Part shown: positions 30,027 to 44,514 of the stretch, piece by piece
How the letters are laid out: every line of letters starts with the position of its first letter
How positions within the stretch are numbered: position 1 is the first letter of the stretch
Assembly: GCF_009914755.1 (NCBI RefSeq)
Contig: NC_060938.1
From: the human T2T-CHM13v2.0 reference genome, Homo sapiens
DNA length: 64,000 nucleotides
Direction: 5' to 3' (one strand)
Position numbers and translations under genes: made by a program
The notes under the pieces: model-generated
What the model was told of the DNA's origin: nothing
Database searches by the model: none
Seen by the model: only the letters and a program-made list of their open reading frames with translations

Positions 30027-31929
30027 TATATATTTCTAATATGCAATATATATATCTCTTAGGTAATTGTCTTGGAAAAACAAGACAATTGTTTTAAGCA
30101 GTGCAGGCTATAGATAATAATTTTTTTAAATGAGTTAGGCTTTAGAAGAGGAAATTAATACACAATCCCCTAGCTAAATTATGGAGCTCAATTATCACGT
30201 GCTGTATTAGATATATACACCCTGTACACACATACACAAAAATATATAAATAAATATATATGGACATATATTCCACAGCGAAGGAAGTAAATAATTCCAA
30301 CTTACAGGTAAGGAAAGTTTTACAATATAGGTGACATGAGAACTGAATCTACTGAAAATATGATACTATAGATCGAAAATTTCACAAAATAAATCGATAA
30401 AATGTAAATATCTTAAGCAGAGACATTCAAGGGCCTGCTGTGTTTAAGAAAGTTATGAGTAAATTATTTATTAACTATTCCAGAGTATAATTAGATAAGG
30501 GTTTATAGGTAAATAAGATTTAGGTTTTAGAAGAATTTTCATGTCATGGAGATTAATTTGCACTGTACTTTTTAGGGGGCATCAAATAAAATTTATAGTA
30601 CAAGTAATATAATGTAACTAGAATATTCAGAAAATTAAACTGAGAAATGTGATTATCTTACTACATAAATCATACAATTTTTAGTCTGGATTGCCAAACT
30701 CACTGTAATCGAAACCAAACTTTTATCAATTTGATCCCTGGGATTTTTAAAAATTTTCCTATACTTTTACATTATTCAAACCTCTATCTCCATACAACGC
30801 TTTTTTTCTGGCTATTCTAGTTGTCTTTAGCGTTTTCTCCTTTAAACTCTCTGGGAATTGATTTTACCTACCTCTCATTCTCACATACAGGTTTATTTTT
30901 CCAATTAAAATTTAGACATTTCCTATCTATGTATTTTGTCCTGTGTTTGTTCTATATTTGCTGCAAGATGAAAATCAGTATTAAACACAAGATAACAGAG
31001 TACAGTTCTGTGTTGATTGATTGGTAAAGAACTTTCTGCTATACAAATGAAGTTGTTTAACTCAAGTAGTGGGAGCTCTTGTCAACACAATTGCAAGAAG
31101 GAACTGAAAGCACTTTCTGTAAAGATCACAATGTTTTTCTTATGTCAATAAGGGAAGCTGATGGAAATATGGTTTCATAAGTTCATCAGAGGATTTTCCA
31201 AACACCTCAGAGGTTATTTTTTATAAAGAATGAACAGTTTTATTCCATGACATATTAATGGCTAGGCTCCTACTGCGTGGTCTGCTTGTATAGTCTCAGA
31301 TTAATTCTGTAGTAGTTGGACATTTTCTAATTAATCATTGTAGATTGAAAATAAATCTTTCTGAAGCATTAAGTGGATAGAGGAAACCTTCAGGAAATAT
31401 TGTTTCTAATAGAAAAATATCTGTTCTTCTTGTGCCTCATTTGTAAAACGAAAAAAAAAAAATTCTGCAAGTTGTCCACAAAATTTCAGTGAATTTCTGC
31501 CCTAAAACAGAGCTCAGGGTTTCTTTGACCTAAATCTGATAGTAATTTGGTGCCAGTTTTTTCCATGCTACCCCTAGGGTAAGCCTGAGTCTGAGCAAAA
31601 CAAATTACCTGCCTTGTCATAGTGTTTCAATTTGGGACTTAAATAAAAACTGTACTTTATTACCCTTATTATAGTAGCATTGTCTCTGTCAAATGAGTCA
31701 AGGATTAGTCACCTCCTTGTTATCAACCATGCTGTGCAAGTGTCTCATAATGATATTGCCTACTTTGCATTGGGGTATGAATTTATACTGGTTGGAAGGC
31801 TTTCAGCATTCTTCTTACTCACTTGCTTTACTTGGGTGATTATAAGATGTACAGTTTTAAATTATCAATCACAAGCTCAAAAATACTATTAATAGTTTTA
31901 CCTGTGTCCTGAGTGCCAGACTCATAGTT

Positions 31930-32790
31930 TCAAATCTCAAATGAATGACACAAAGCAGCTCAAACCCCAGTCCTGAGTTTGTCTCTTGTTTTTTTCTTCT
32001 CCCATCAAAGCAATTATTTTGCCTGTGTTTAGGATTTTGTTCAGTTGATCAACAATCCCTCCAGATACCTATACCAGAAGCCAGATCTTGCTGACCTCTT
32101 TAATCTTCTCAACTCCCATTCTCTCAATCTTTCTTATGATTATTTAAGTTCAAGCCATCCAAATCTCTCCTGCAAACTATAGTAACATAGACTCACAACT
32201 GTTCTTATGCCTCGAACCTTTTCCCTTGTCCCCACCTCCAGCTCATGCTCCCCTCTGCCACCAGAGAGATCCACATATCGTTCTCCTGTTTGGAACCTTG
32301 TGCAGAGCCTCAGTGGCTACAGAACAGAATGCAAGAAGCTCCTTATGTTCTGCCTAGTCTCTTTAAGTCTCTGCAGGTTCTAGCGCCACACCATACTCAG
32401 TGATTCTTTACTCCCATATCAAACTCTATAAAGTTTCCTCTGTTTACAGCTGTTTCATTTCTTCCTATTTTGTAAGTATATTTTCTTCTTCCTATTGTGC
32501 ACGAAGTCTTGGCTAGTTGCTAAGCCTATATTCATATTGCAAAACTTTACTCAGCTGACACATTGCTGAAGTTTCACTGGACTGTATGTCAGTGTAGTGC
32601 CTGACATGCTCTCCCCCACCACTCTCTTCTATTTCTGTACCTTTATCTAATTATAGCACAGGTAAAATTGATTTGCAATATTTTTACATTTTTTTCTACT
32701 AAATATGGTCTTTGCATGCAGACACCTTGTATTGATAATTCTCTCATCAATAGTGCAGTGTCAAACATATTTTACAGGCTTTTGTATTTT
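31930..32790 (+). mobile_element. L2 LINE fragments
   Basis: Pyrimidine-rich L2-like segments (ctctcctgcaaactatagtaacatagactc..., ctgccaccagagagatc); boundaries approximate. Confidence 0.55.
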
Positions 32791-33074
32791 TTCAAGTGTA
32801 AGTTATCCAATTAGATTTTTAGCAGATAGGTTAGCAAAAATTATATCCACTGAGGATTTGTTGCATATCATATGGGTAAAAAAATAAATGCCTTGGAAAA
32901 TAAGCTTAAGGTTGAAAATAATAAAACAATATTCTGGGCAATTATACCAAATATATTATTTTTAAAGATTATATTTTAGGCTTTTCACATGCTGACACTA
33001 AACTAAATTTCAAAAAATAACACCTTTATTAAGTTATTTGTTATTTTGATTACTGTGACAGATAATTGTAAGAT

Positions 33075-33300
33075 GCAGTATCCTTAAATGTTAAGAACAT
33101 GGACTCAACAGTAGAACTTACTTAAATCCTGTTTCAGCACTTTCTATCTGTGTGCCCTTGGGCAAGTAATTCAGTGTCTCTATACCTCAGTTAATTAACC
33201 TGCAAAGTCTGCCTCATGGAATTGTGAGGATCAAATGTGTTGATATAAATAAAATTTCAATACCTGGGGCATATTAGACAATCTATAAATATAGTGATTA
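33075..33300 (+). mobile_element. MIR SINE
   Basis: ctgtgtgcccttgggcaagtaattcagtgtctctatacctcagtt...gaattgtgaggatcaaatg. Confidence 0.75.
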
Positions 33301-33478
33301 TTGTACTCTAAAACTAGGAAGCATCATGAATCCTAGTGAATACACATGCATATACGTATATTTATATGAAATATGTGCATATATATTACAAGGAATAGAG
33401 AACTTCTCTTACCAAGGTTTTGAAGTCTGTGAGTTTAATCTGTTTGAATTTTCTTAGTCTATATTCTCATTTACTTGT

Positions 33479-33821
33479 TGTATTAGTTCATGTTGATCCT
33501 GCTAATAAAGACATACCGGAGACTGGATAATTTATAAAGGAAAGAGATTTAATGGACTCACAGTTCCACATGGCTGGGGAGGCCTCACAATCATGTTGGA
33601 AGGCAAAGGAGAGGCAAAGGCACATCTTAAACGGCAGCAGAAATGAGAGCTTGCATAGGGGAACTCCCCTTTATAAAACCATCAGCTCTCATGAGACTTA
33701 TTCACTATCAAGAGAACAGTACAGGATAGACCCGCCCCCATGATTCAATTACTTCTCATTGGGACGACAGGTGAGAATTATGGAAGCTACAATTCAAGAT
33801 GAGATTTTGAGGGGGACACAG
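33479..33821 (-). mobile_element. THE1C/B-like solo LTR lacking about 13 terminal bp
   Basis: tgtattagt...ctgctaataaagacataccggagactgg...gagattttgagggggacacag; terminal ccaaaccatatca absent. Confidence 0.9.
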
Positions 33822-34299
33822 AAGGTCTTGACTCAGATTACTTGTTTTGGTTACATGGAGCTCTTTGCTCAGCTGTGACAGTTCCATAAAATCCCCAAGG
33901 AACCATGGTTTTATGGAGTTGCTTTGAGAACACTTTTTTAAGGAAATACTGCATGTGTAAAGGTGATAAGTTAGGGGAAAGACATTTTTAGTAGAATTGA
34001 ATAAATAGAAAATGCCTTTTTTTTACATGATTTAACATTTCCAGGGTTTGGAAATATGTCGCCTTTTGAGCTGGCTCATTTCACCAGTAGGTGCATGTGA
34101 CAGAAACGTTTTCTATAATAAAAAGGTTAATTGGAATTATCAAAGACTTTAAATCTGGTCAAGCCTGGGTTTGAAAACTAAATTGAGTACTTACAGTCTC
34201 TGCCATATAAGCAAAGTAACATAACTTTTTGAGATTTAATTACATAGCATCTGACACCTAACAGGCATTATATAAACATTTATTCATCATGTTTTTACA

Positions 34300-35060
34300 A
34301 GAAGTTAAAATCAGTTGTCTTTTTAACTTTTACCCATTAGTCCTTTTTAGAGTTGTTCAATATTAGTACCATTCCCACATAAAGCCTTTCCTCTAAAATA
34401 AATATCCAGAATTTGTCAAATATTTGTAACATTTTTCAAGCTTCATAAACTTATTAATTTTTCATCTTTGTCTGGATGGGTTTCCTTTGTCTTAAGTATT
34501 CTTAAAAATGGCAGGTTCTGTAGCTAAAACAATGACCTACATATGGCTTGATCATAACAGACTATAAGAAATTATCAGGTTATAGATGTTTATTTTTAAT
34601 CAATAAAGAAAAATATTAAAGTAAGAAATTTGCCTTTATGTTCAACTAACAACATTGCTAACTAACATTGAATGAATATTAACTGAAACTCTTAAGCTGC
34701 TTTATACTTTTCTACCATACTTTTTACTGCTGAGCCACATTTTTTTCCAGTCATTTTTGTGCCATTAGGTTTTTGGACATAAGATATCCCTTGAGTAACC
34801 TTATAATTATTTTGATTAAATCCGTCTTGTTAAATTTGGCCCATCATTTGAGTCTGTCAGTTTCTTGGAATGTTATTTTGTCATCATGACTACCAAACTC
34901 ATATTAAACACATTTTCTGATTGTGCCTTGAATATTTTAATGCAAGTTACTAATGAAGTAGAAGAAAATAAAGCTCTGGGACTTTCTACCATCATTGACA
35001 TGGGCAGTGATTTCACATCAACATATAGGTATGGTCAGTTAAGCAGTCATCAATTTACCT
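34300..35060 (-). mobile_element. L3/CR1 LINE fragment (a further piece is likely at about 36560-36720)
   Basis: ttaaatccgtcttgttaaatttggcccatcatttgagtctgtcag...ttttgtcatca resembles the antisense L3 RT region. Confidence 0.55.
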
Positions 35061-36056
35061 AATTGCACAAATAGAATTAGAAATGTAGAAACTTAAAAAA
35101 AATTATTGGTGCTTATTTAATATTTGGATTTGGGAAAATAATGAAGTACTTTCTATTGAGTATTTCTTCCATTTATATAAATTGAGAATGAGGCCATACA
35201 AATATTGAGATAAGGTAGTCAGTATGTTTTAGTTTTTATGCAATAATATTTTATTCTGCCTTGCATAATGCAGGCACTGAAAAATCTTGCTTTAGGACAC
35301 TAAATGCTATGAAAGATCTAATATCGAGACTTCTGTCTTATAATCTTGTGCTTAGAAGGAAATAAGGCAATTCAAAAAAGCCCTTGTCTCCTGAACCACC
35401 TTCACACCTCCAGATCCCCCTACTGTCCCTCTGTGTCTCTCTAACACACCCCAAACTACACCTACCTACACGCACTCCACACTGTTAAAGTAACTCTTTG
35501 CTAAAGAGGGCTTAGTAGAAAATGGGTTACGACGTGACGGGAAGATGTTGAGAGAGTCACTATACATTTCTGAGTCCTGAAAATCTTTAAACTGCTATTT
35601 ACCTACTTCCATCCTCTATGGTAGGATATTTGAGTTCCAGTTGTGATCCTTTGGCTCTCCCTGGGGTAGAAAAAAGGCAGTAAGTAGTGGTGCCATAACA
35701 AAGCAGCAGTAAGACATATTCATCCAATAACAAAGCAAGCCCAGACCAATGAATTTTCTACTCTAATGTCAAGGATATGGGAATGAGAGAATGAGCAATT
35801 GGACATTAGAATGAAAAAATGAGCAATCAGTAATCTGAATTATAACCAGACAGCTATTTAGTGTGCTTTAAATGTTAACAAATGTGTGAGTTGTTAGAAT
35901 TGGTTGAGCATTATGCTGATATCTATATATTCTGAGTATACCAATTTTCCTGATATTTGAGTTTAGTAGCAATGCAAGAGAATAAAAGTAGCTTTTATGC
36001 ATTTGGCAATGTCATTTTTGCTTTTGCTATATTCACTAATTTTCTTGTTACATTCA

Positions 36057-36460
36057 CGTCTTAGTCCATTTGTGCTGCCATAACAAAAAACTTAATAATG
36101 AGTTATTTATGAAGAGCATATATTTATTTCTCATGGTTCTGGAAGCTGGGAAGCCCAAGATCACAATGCCAGCAGTATTGGTATCTGGTGAGGGCTGCTC
36201 TCTGCTTCCATGATGATGCCTTGTCGCTGCATACTCTAGGGGGGCAGGGTCATTGTGTTTTTACAAGACAGAAAGGACAAAAAAGCCTGAGAGAGTGAAC
36301 TGTTAATGAAGACTCTTTTATTAGGGTATTACTCTATTAATGAAGGTGTAGCCCTCATGGCTTAATTACTTCCCCCAAATCCCCACCTCTCAATACCACC
36401 ACAGTGGGAATTAAGTTTTAACATTAGTTTTGGAGGAGACACCACATTCAAACCATACCA
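36057..36460 (-). mobile_element. MSTD-like MaLR solo LTR
   Basis: gtcttagtccatttgtgctgccataacaaaa...cattcaaaccatacca; perfect 5-bp TSD attca at 36052-36056 and 36461-36465. Confidence 0.9.
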
Positions 36461-38339
36461 ATTCACAGGCACACACACTTAAAACATCTATTTCCTCAAC
36501 TTATTTTCATTCTTACCATAGTGTATTTCTTATCATCCCTACTTCCTATTATTTTAATTGAAGTTTAATCTACACTTCTCCTTTCTTTTCATGTTTTGCA
36601 TGTTTTCTCAAAAATTATTAGTACCACTCCAAAGATATTGAGAGTTTTCTCAGTACTTTGAGATATATAATTCATTAAGCCCCTAAAAGTTGAACTCACT
36701 TATGAAAACTTAAACGTTCTCTTCCATTTGTTCTTTTCAGTATGTTTTCACACATTTTAATCTGAGAAATACTTTCCTCAGAGAGGAAGATAATAGAAAG
36801 TAAGTGCTGCATTTCTCCCTCTCTCTGGTGCCCTTTCACTCTCCTCATATTCTCTCCCCTCACCTTATCCCTTTGAAAAATCTAGATTAATTTTAGCCGT
36901 TTGTATATTTGCATTCCTGACAATTTCTCCTGAGATAAGTACTAGTTATTTATACTGATTCCTAGATATTTACTCCATTGAAATTTTAAGGGAAGAATGT
37001 GTTAAACCATCAGGATGTCATTAAAAAGGCCTGACTACTGAGATATTTCTTGGGTTAATATCTCTTGCTGAATTTTTTAAGGTTTAGGGTCTAAGACTCA
37101 CTTCTGTAACTCCACAAAGTTATTTAAGCCACTCTTATGTGAGTAGTCATTCAAAGAAACATCACTATTAGTATAATTTATGTGAGACCAGTACTTAAAA
37201 CAGAATACCAAATTGTTAACCGTACAAGAAGATAATCCTTTTCAGCAAGGAGATGCTTTAGTGTGCATGACATCTGCTTTCCCAGTGTTATGGTCCCAGG
37301 AAACTGAGTAAGTAAGCAGGATGTGGGCGTTGATTTTGATTTAAAAAAGTTAAATTGAGAGTATTGAGGGATAAATTTCTCTAAGTCAGGGTCAAATCTA
37401 ACTAATCCTTTCTGTCTTTCAAGAGACCTGACCACACACTTTGGGTTTCTTAGATTCAGTGTCGCTTGTGCCTGCCCGGTTCTTGACATACTCGACCTGT
37501 TCATCCTACTTCATGGACCACCAGATTTTCTATTTCTTATTAGGCTCAGTCTCCTTTCTCATAGTACCTTTTATTTTTCTTTACATGTGCTAATATCAGT
37601 AATTATATCTAAATTGATGTTTTAGTGGGCTGGGGAGTTACTCTTTGTTTATCCTTTCTGTGTTGCCTGTGGTATTTTTCAATTGCTTAATTTGAAGACC
37701 ATCATCATCCTAAACATCCCTAATTTCACATTTTGTTCTGGTTATTTTGAAAAATATAAGCTCATTGGAGAGATCACCATAGGGTTACATAAATATGATG
37801 AACGAAAACTTTCTTTTTAACCTTTGTGAATTATTTGTGTGACCCTGGTTTTGAGGCTTATCTGCTAGGTAACTTTGTGTTCCAGTATTCTGGGATTACT
37901 AGAGTTATCTTGTAATTTTAGAATTTTCAGAACTGGATTCTACCTTAAATGTGGGAAAATAGTATAAGATTAGAACATAGAAAAAAAAGGTGGAATCTTT
38001 TAGATAACCAGGGCATCACAAAATTACTAAAAGAAGCCATATGCTAATTTTACCACCATCATAAAACCAAAAATGTTCTCCAATCTTTCATCACTAAATT
38101 GTGTATTCTTACTGACGTTTTGCTTACTTTTTCAATCAGTGTTCGCTTTTCTACCTGTCATATCCTTGTAGCTTTCTCTATTTTTTCCTTTAGACTTTAT
38201 ATACTGACTCCATATATTTGAAAGCTCTTTAATTAGATGTACACATTTTAGGAATTGTTCTGCCTTCTTGATGAATTACTCTTTTATCATTTTAAAGTGT
38301 TCATCATATACCCTGAAAACATCCCGTGTACAGTGGCCA

Positions 38340-39126
38340 AAAAGCACAGGAGTCAACTCTGACAATTCAACCACGTTTATTGCATATCCAAACCATGAAA
38401 ATATCAACTTGACCTTCTAAATTATTTTGATTCTGTCCACTTCCCTTGATATTCATTTCCATCATCTAGTTTCTCATCTAACTGGTCTATTTTCATACAT
38501 CTTGATTCTTTTAGAGGGATTTTTTTATCAAATCAAAAATATATTTGGTAGTTCATAAAGTTTTTTCCATTATTTTCTGTTGCTTTTAATAACCTAAATC
38601 ATTAATGTGGTCCACTTGGTCTTAAATATGCAGCTATTTCTCTATTCTTCTGGCTCATCTAGTCATTTTCCATTTTGTTTGCCTGCTTAAGACCTGGTAG
38701 CCTTCTTTCAGTTCCTTCTAATTAAATTCTCTTGTGTCATAGAACATTTCATTTCCTTTGCACACTTCATATCCTCCTTGGAGAAAAATCGTAACCTTTT
38801 TTGCCTAGAAAATACAATCTGAAAATCTCAATTCAAAAATCACTTCTCTAGGGAAAATATTCCTAACTATCCAGACCAAACCACATTCTTCTATCTTACA
38901 CCCTCCATAGAGCCACATACCTCTCACTCATCACACTTATCATAGTTGTAACTTAACATTTATTTTGGTATTATTTGAATAACAAATACCTATTTATCTT
39001 CACTAGCCAATGGCTCTTTATATGAACAGGTCTGTTTTTCTCACCAAAGTATTTACAGCTGTTACTATGGATTGGGCAGACATTGGATATCTAATTAATA
39101 TTTGTTGAATAAACTGAATGAATGAA
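38340..39126 (+). mobile_element. L2 LINE 3' portion
   Basis: atcacttctctagggaaaatattcctaac and terminal taatatttgttgaataaactgaatgaatga. Confidence 0.7.
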
Positions 39127-39498
39127 GAATTATTTCTGAACATTTCTATATTGATTAATAGAATGCAAAATAAGCTTGGAGTTTATTTCACATTTTTTTT
39201 GGAGAAAAACAGCACATTTTCCCACAAACACTTGCTTTCTTTTCTCTTCTAAATGAAGATGGTGCTTTTTTTATTTAGTACTGAAATAATTGCTCTTTTA
39301 AAGAAAATGTAAAAAATGTAACTAAACAAATTATAGCACTTTCCATAAACTATACCTTGGTATACTTTTGTAATAGGTCTGCAAGAACAAAGTTATTGTT
39401 GTATTGTTATTATTTCCAGGTTGTGCTACTACTAGTACTGAAAATATCAACTTAGTGCCTTTTTGAAAACAATTATCTTTATTTTTCAGCTATTATCA

Positions 39499-39550
39499 CA
39501 CATGTACCCTAAAACTTAAAGTATAATAATAATAAAACAAACAAACAAAA
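39499..39550 (+). mobile_element. Very short young L1PA 3' terminus
   Basis: cacatgtaccctaaaacttaaagtataataataataaaa followed by an A-rich tail. Confidence 0.85.
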
Positions 39551-42241
39551 ATTCTAAAAGTTCAATATTTTCCATAAGATATATGGTATGATTGAATTTG
39601 TCACTTTATTCCTCTATGCATCCTGTGTGATTAATGTCTAAGTGTAAGCCAGAGATAATTTACTTAGAAATTGTGATATTTAAGTTACTTAAAAATGTTG
39701 TTTCTTCTTTTACAAGTATATACAAGGAAAGAAAGAGTTATGATATGGTGAACAGGAAGACAAAAATAAATATGTTTTTATTCTATATCCACATATGTGT
39801 GTGCCTGTGTAAAAATAAATAAATAATAAAATAGTCTTTAAATATGAAATGGGAAGCTAGGTTATTATGTGAATTAAATGAGATAATTTGTGTATTTTTT
39901 TAGGTCATTCTTTGCATTAAAGAAGCACTTGGTCAATATTGATATTGATATTATCCTTATTATTGCTATAATTATTATATCTGTTCTTATTTAACCTTTA
40001 AATTGCACCTCATCCTTCTTTTTATAAATGTTCAATATTATGATAAAAGACTTTTAATGACCCAGAATTTACAATAGACCATTGCAGAGAGAAATTCTTT
40101 CTTAATGATGTAATCCATCATAGTGAATGTTTTGATGCCAAAGTTTCTTCAATCCACATGATGAAAAATTGAGGAGGGGTTGGTTGAATAACAAGCTTTT
40201 CACCACAGTACCAATAAGTAAAACATGTGCTACATATAGAGTGGCTAATTTATTTTGAATTAATTATTGTTTGCTCTGGTTCTCCTTTATTTTACTATAA
40301 AAATATACTTATTCAACTTCTCACATGGTATATAGCATAGAACAAATACTAGGTGATAATAAATATCTGTTGAATAAATATGCTTGACAGTTGCTCAATA
40401 GTCCTGAACAATTGCATATGGAGCAAATTATGTTTCCTTTGATTTATATGTCATAGAAATCTGAAATTTTATTGAAAGTAATTTCTAAATGCATGTGTTT
40501 TATATATCTTAAATTATTATTTTACATATTTAAAAATTTTATTTAAAAGACACATTTAAGTTACTTGGAGATAGAACATACATTTTAAAGGAAGGCTGAT
40601 GTAATAACTTTTGTAGGATAAAGTTAATGCTACTTATATCCTTAACTAAATCAAACTAAATTTTGACGGTAGAGAGCATATCTCATTTAATTTTCTATCA
40701 AATTATGAAGCACACATTTCTCTCTGCATGGTTAAGTTTATTATTTATTTATTTAGATAATAATATTATTAATTCCTTATGTTACCTTCAGCTAGTAGCA
40801 GATTTTCTGGAGATGGTGGTGTCACATTGAATCTTAAAGAATAGGATGTAGCTTTACAATTGAGGGTTAGAAAGGAAAGAACTAGTGAGATGAGAGGGAG
40901 AGTGTGGAATACAAGAAGCAGTAACCAAATCCAAAAATATAAAGAAATGACATAGCAATTTTAGTTGGTCTCATATACCACATGCTGTTCGAATGAATAT
41001 GCCTTAACATCCTTATCCATGCATGGAATGTATGCAATTCTTTGATTGTTTCTTCTTTTTTAGAACAATGATTCTTAAATATGAAAAAATCACTTTTTCA
41101 GCATAGACTTTTAAGTAGTATAAAGTTTATAGTATTCATAAGGAGTAAAAATCACACTATAACAAGGTTTCTATTGTTTGTCTGAAATCATTTTTTAAAA
41201 TAAATGTATTGTTTGCATCCTTCTTATGGCCAGCTTACATTCCATTCTTGAAAGTGTTGAACCCAGGATGATGTTTTGGATCTTTTAGTGAACTTCCTTG
41301 CTGAACTTGCAGCTTCTCAACCTCTGCAATCCCAATGCTAGCACATTGCAATGATAAAAATAATTCTGGACCATTTTTACTTTTTGAGATGCCTGGCATA
41401 TTAAAAAATATTAAAATGACACAAAAGTGTCAAGGTTCCCATATTACAAGTAATGCTGAGCAAATCGAAATCCAAAGACTGTATTATAATCCCATTTATA
41501 TATAATATTGATAATTTAAAATATACACCTTCAAAAAATTAAGACCTTGGACATATTGCCCTCATGTTTACCCTCACCTTAATGAGCTCTGCCCATCACT
41601 AAATATACTCTGACATTTCTTCCTTATAATTAAAAAATAACTTATCTAATACACTATAGTTATTCAAATTAGTCTAATGTTGATATATTTATAATGCAAT
41701 TTTAATTGCTTTTGGCTTTTTAAAAAAATAGTGATAGAAAAGTACATATTCTTTTTGAACTTGCTCTTTATATATATTATATATATAAAGCATTTATGCT
41801 TCTTATTGACATACAAATGATTATGGTCATAAATTATATATGATAAGATAAAAATTGTATAGACAGAAAACTTAAACCTTTGCCAATTATTTTAAAATGT
41901 AAAGATATACAAGGATGCTTGTCATGTTGTTAATTTAATTTTTTGAGGATTGTAATAGATGCTATTATAGGAAAAACTGATGGCTTAGAATTAATTTAAG
42001 TATTTTCCAGTGTGGGAAAGGAGAGAAAGTAAAAAGTTAAGTCCATTTACGTGAAAAAGAATTTCACAAGTACATGATTTGTCTCAAAATAGTTATAATG
42101 CAAGAAAGAATGTAATCATGTGGCTGCTATGAAAGAGTGATGCAAAAAATAAGCCTCAGAAAATAATAAAAAGGCGTAAAATACAGAATGTAATTCAACT
42201 ATGAAAATTTAAACTACAAGTTTCTTAGTAAGTCAAGTAAC

Positions 42242-42762
42242 TATTAATGGGCAGAACTGTGTCTCCCCAAAATTCATTTGTTGAAGTCTTAACCTCCAGT
42301 ATCTGTGAATGTGACTACATTGGGAGAGATAGTCTTTCAAGCGGTAATTAAGTTAAAAAATGATGTACTTAGAGTTGGTCCTAGTCCGACATGATGAGTG
42401 TCCTTATAAGAGAAAATTAAGACACAAACAGTGCTGGAGGAAAGTTATGTGAGGACACAGGTAGAAGACAGCCATCTACAAGCTTAGAATAGAGGCCTCG
42501 AAAGAAACCAACACTGCTGATATCTTTTCAAAATTTTTATTTTAGGTTTAGGAGTACATATGAAGGTTTGTTACACAGATAAACACGTGCCACGGGGGTT
42601 TGTTGTACAGAATATTACATCAATCAGGTACACAATAGTTCTCAGTACCCAATAGTTCTTGATCTCAGACTTCTAGTCTTCCGAACTGTGAAAAAAATAA
42701 ATTTCTGTTGTTTAAGCCACTTCTGGAGGTACTTTGTTACGGAAACCCTAGTAACGAATACA
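42242..42762 (+). mobile_element. MLT1A/B-like solo LTR interrupted by an L1 fragment
   Basis: aactgtgtctccccaaaattcatttgttgaagtcttaacc...aataaatttctgttgtttaagccac...aataca. Confidence 0.88.
42527..42656 (-). mobile_element. L1PA13-16-type 3' end (about 130 bp) inserted in MLT1
   Basis: ttttattttaggtttaggagtacatatgaaggtttgttac...gggggtttgttgtacaga; short repeat tctt on both sides. Confidence 0.82.
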
Positions 42763-43104
42763 CTAAGAACAAATTTAAAAGTTTAACATTTCTGTTGTGT
42801 TGTGTTGTGTTAGGAGGAATTCCCCAAATTAACTGAGTTATTTTGGTAACAAGATTTTTCAATAAAACTGTATCATCGGTATGTTAAACACACTTCTAAA
42901 CTAGCCGCATGGTAAATCACCAAAGGTCAAATACAGAGCTCAGAATGAACAAAATCCATGGGAATTGAAGCAGATTAAAACATTGATTTTTACTCAGCAC
43001 CTAACTAGAAATATCTTCATTTTAATATTACTGATAATGCTCGTTGAGAAAATTATGGGGATTTAACGATACACAATGTCTGCCTTCAAAGATACTACAG
43101 TGAA

Positions 43105-43320
43105 GATGATGATGAGGATGCTAGTGATGGTGGTGGTGATATAACAATTTTGAACACATATTATGTGGTAAGCAGTGCACCAAGCACTTTATTGTCTCAC
43201 TTAAAGAGAAAGGTATTATTGTTTTCTCCTTACTTTACTGAGACAAATCAAAGAGCTTAAGTGATTTATTTAAAGCCATGCTATTAGCAGCTTAAAAGTT
43301 GTCCACACATTTTACTCTTC
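43105..43320 (-). mobile_element. MIR SINE
   Basis: ttttgaacacatattatgtggtaagcagtgcaccaagcacttta...actgagac...agagcttaagtgattt. Confidence 0.6.
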
Positions 43321-44514
43321 ATTACTAGGATTTGCTCAAATAATAAAAGCTGAACTATGAGAAATTATCCAAAAGGAATATAGGCATGTGTCACATAAGC
43401 AGACAAAACAAGCTGCATACTGAAGTACATATGTTGCACTAATTTCATTCTTTAATTGTTTTGTAATATGCATTAGTAAAATTAGACTTGAATATTTTAA
43501 TATGTGTCTATATATTTATATGCATAATAATCTATAATTTTTAGTAGCAAAATATGATATAATCACATAAGTTAGTCATCTTCAATTTATATAAAACATT
43601 TTATATTTCAATGACATGATTTTTTGACCTTTGTTATTGTAAAAAGAATTAATATTTGGTCAAAGTATTATGTGGCAAATACATGTAGCTATATACATCT
43701 GATAAGGTCTTCCATGTTTTTTTATCAGGAATAGCCACATTTTAGCTTTTAATAAAAAGTCTCCATTTAGAACATAAAACCATCCTTCAATTATGAAGAC
43801 TGGCTTCCTTTTATTTTCAAGTTACTAATTTGTAAGAGTAGTTTAATGAAGCTGAATGTTATTTTTCTAAAACTACAAAGTATGCTGAATGAGACTTTGG
43901 CTAAGGATGTTCCATTGCAAAAAAAGAGGCATAAAAAAATCTGGAAATTTTAAGATATCAAGTTAAAACAAACAAAAAACACATATTGATATTTTGGTTA
44001 ATTTTCCTGATGTTTAAACTTAGGGTGCAACTATCTACGTTTTAAAAATCAAAACCATTTTAATGTTCTTTTATTAACACGACATTAGTCTGTTATTACT
44101 GAGAACAGTTGAATATTCTTCTACCCCCTCAGTTTCTTCCTTTACTCATTTCCAACAATTTTAAAAATTAGACTTTCTTGTTTTCTTTTTTTATCTAGTT
44201 TACTATATTCACGTTTATTCCCACACCATCTTTTATGCCAGGATCCAATTTGCATATCATGATTGCCATGGTAAAATATAATAAGAAATCTATCTCCCTG
44301 AACTTATAGTAGAAAAATAACTTCATTTATAGAGTCCATTACATTTTCTGTAATAAGAATTAGTGAGGGAAGGATTGTAAACAAATTTCTTATTTCTTAA
44401 TCTGAGACAGAAAGATAATAATATTTCTTATGTCAATGACCATGTATGTTAAACTGACAATATTTTGAAAGGAGTTTTTATAGTGTAGAACTATGAAGTT
44501 CATATTTTAATACA

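Noticed and set aside
30279-30307. 29-nt micro-exon candidate (ccacag|...cag|gtaagg)
   Set aside because: Poor polypyrimidine tract, next to L2-like debris; expected by chance
42360-42420. MLT1 copy as donor of the 88-bp insert at 8178-8265
   Set aside because: Only family-level similarity with many mismatches
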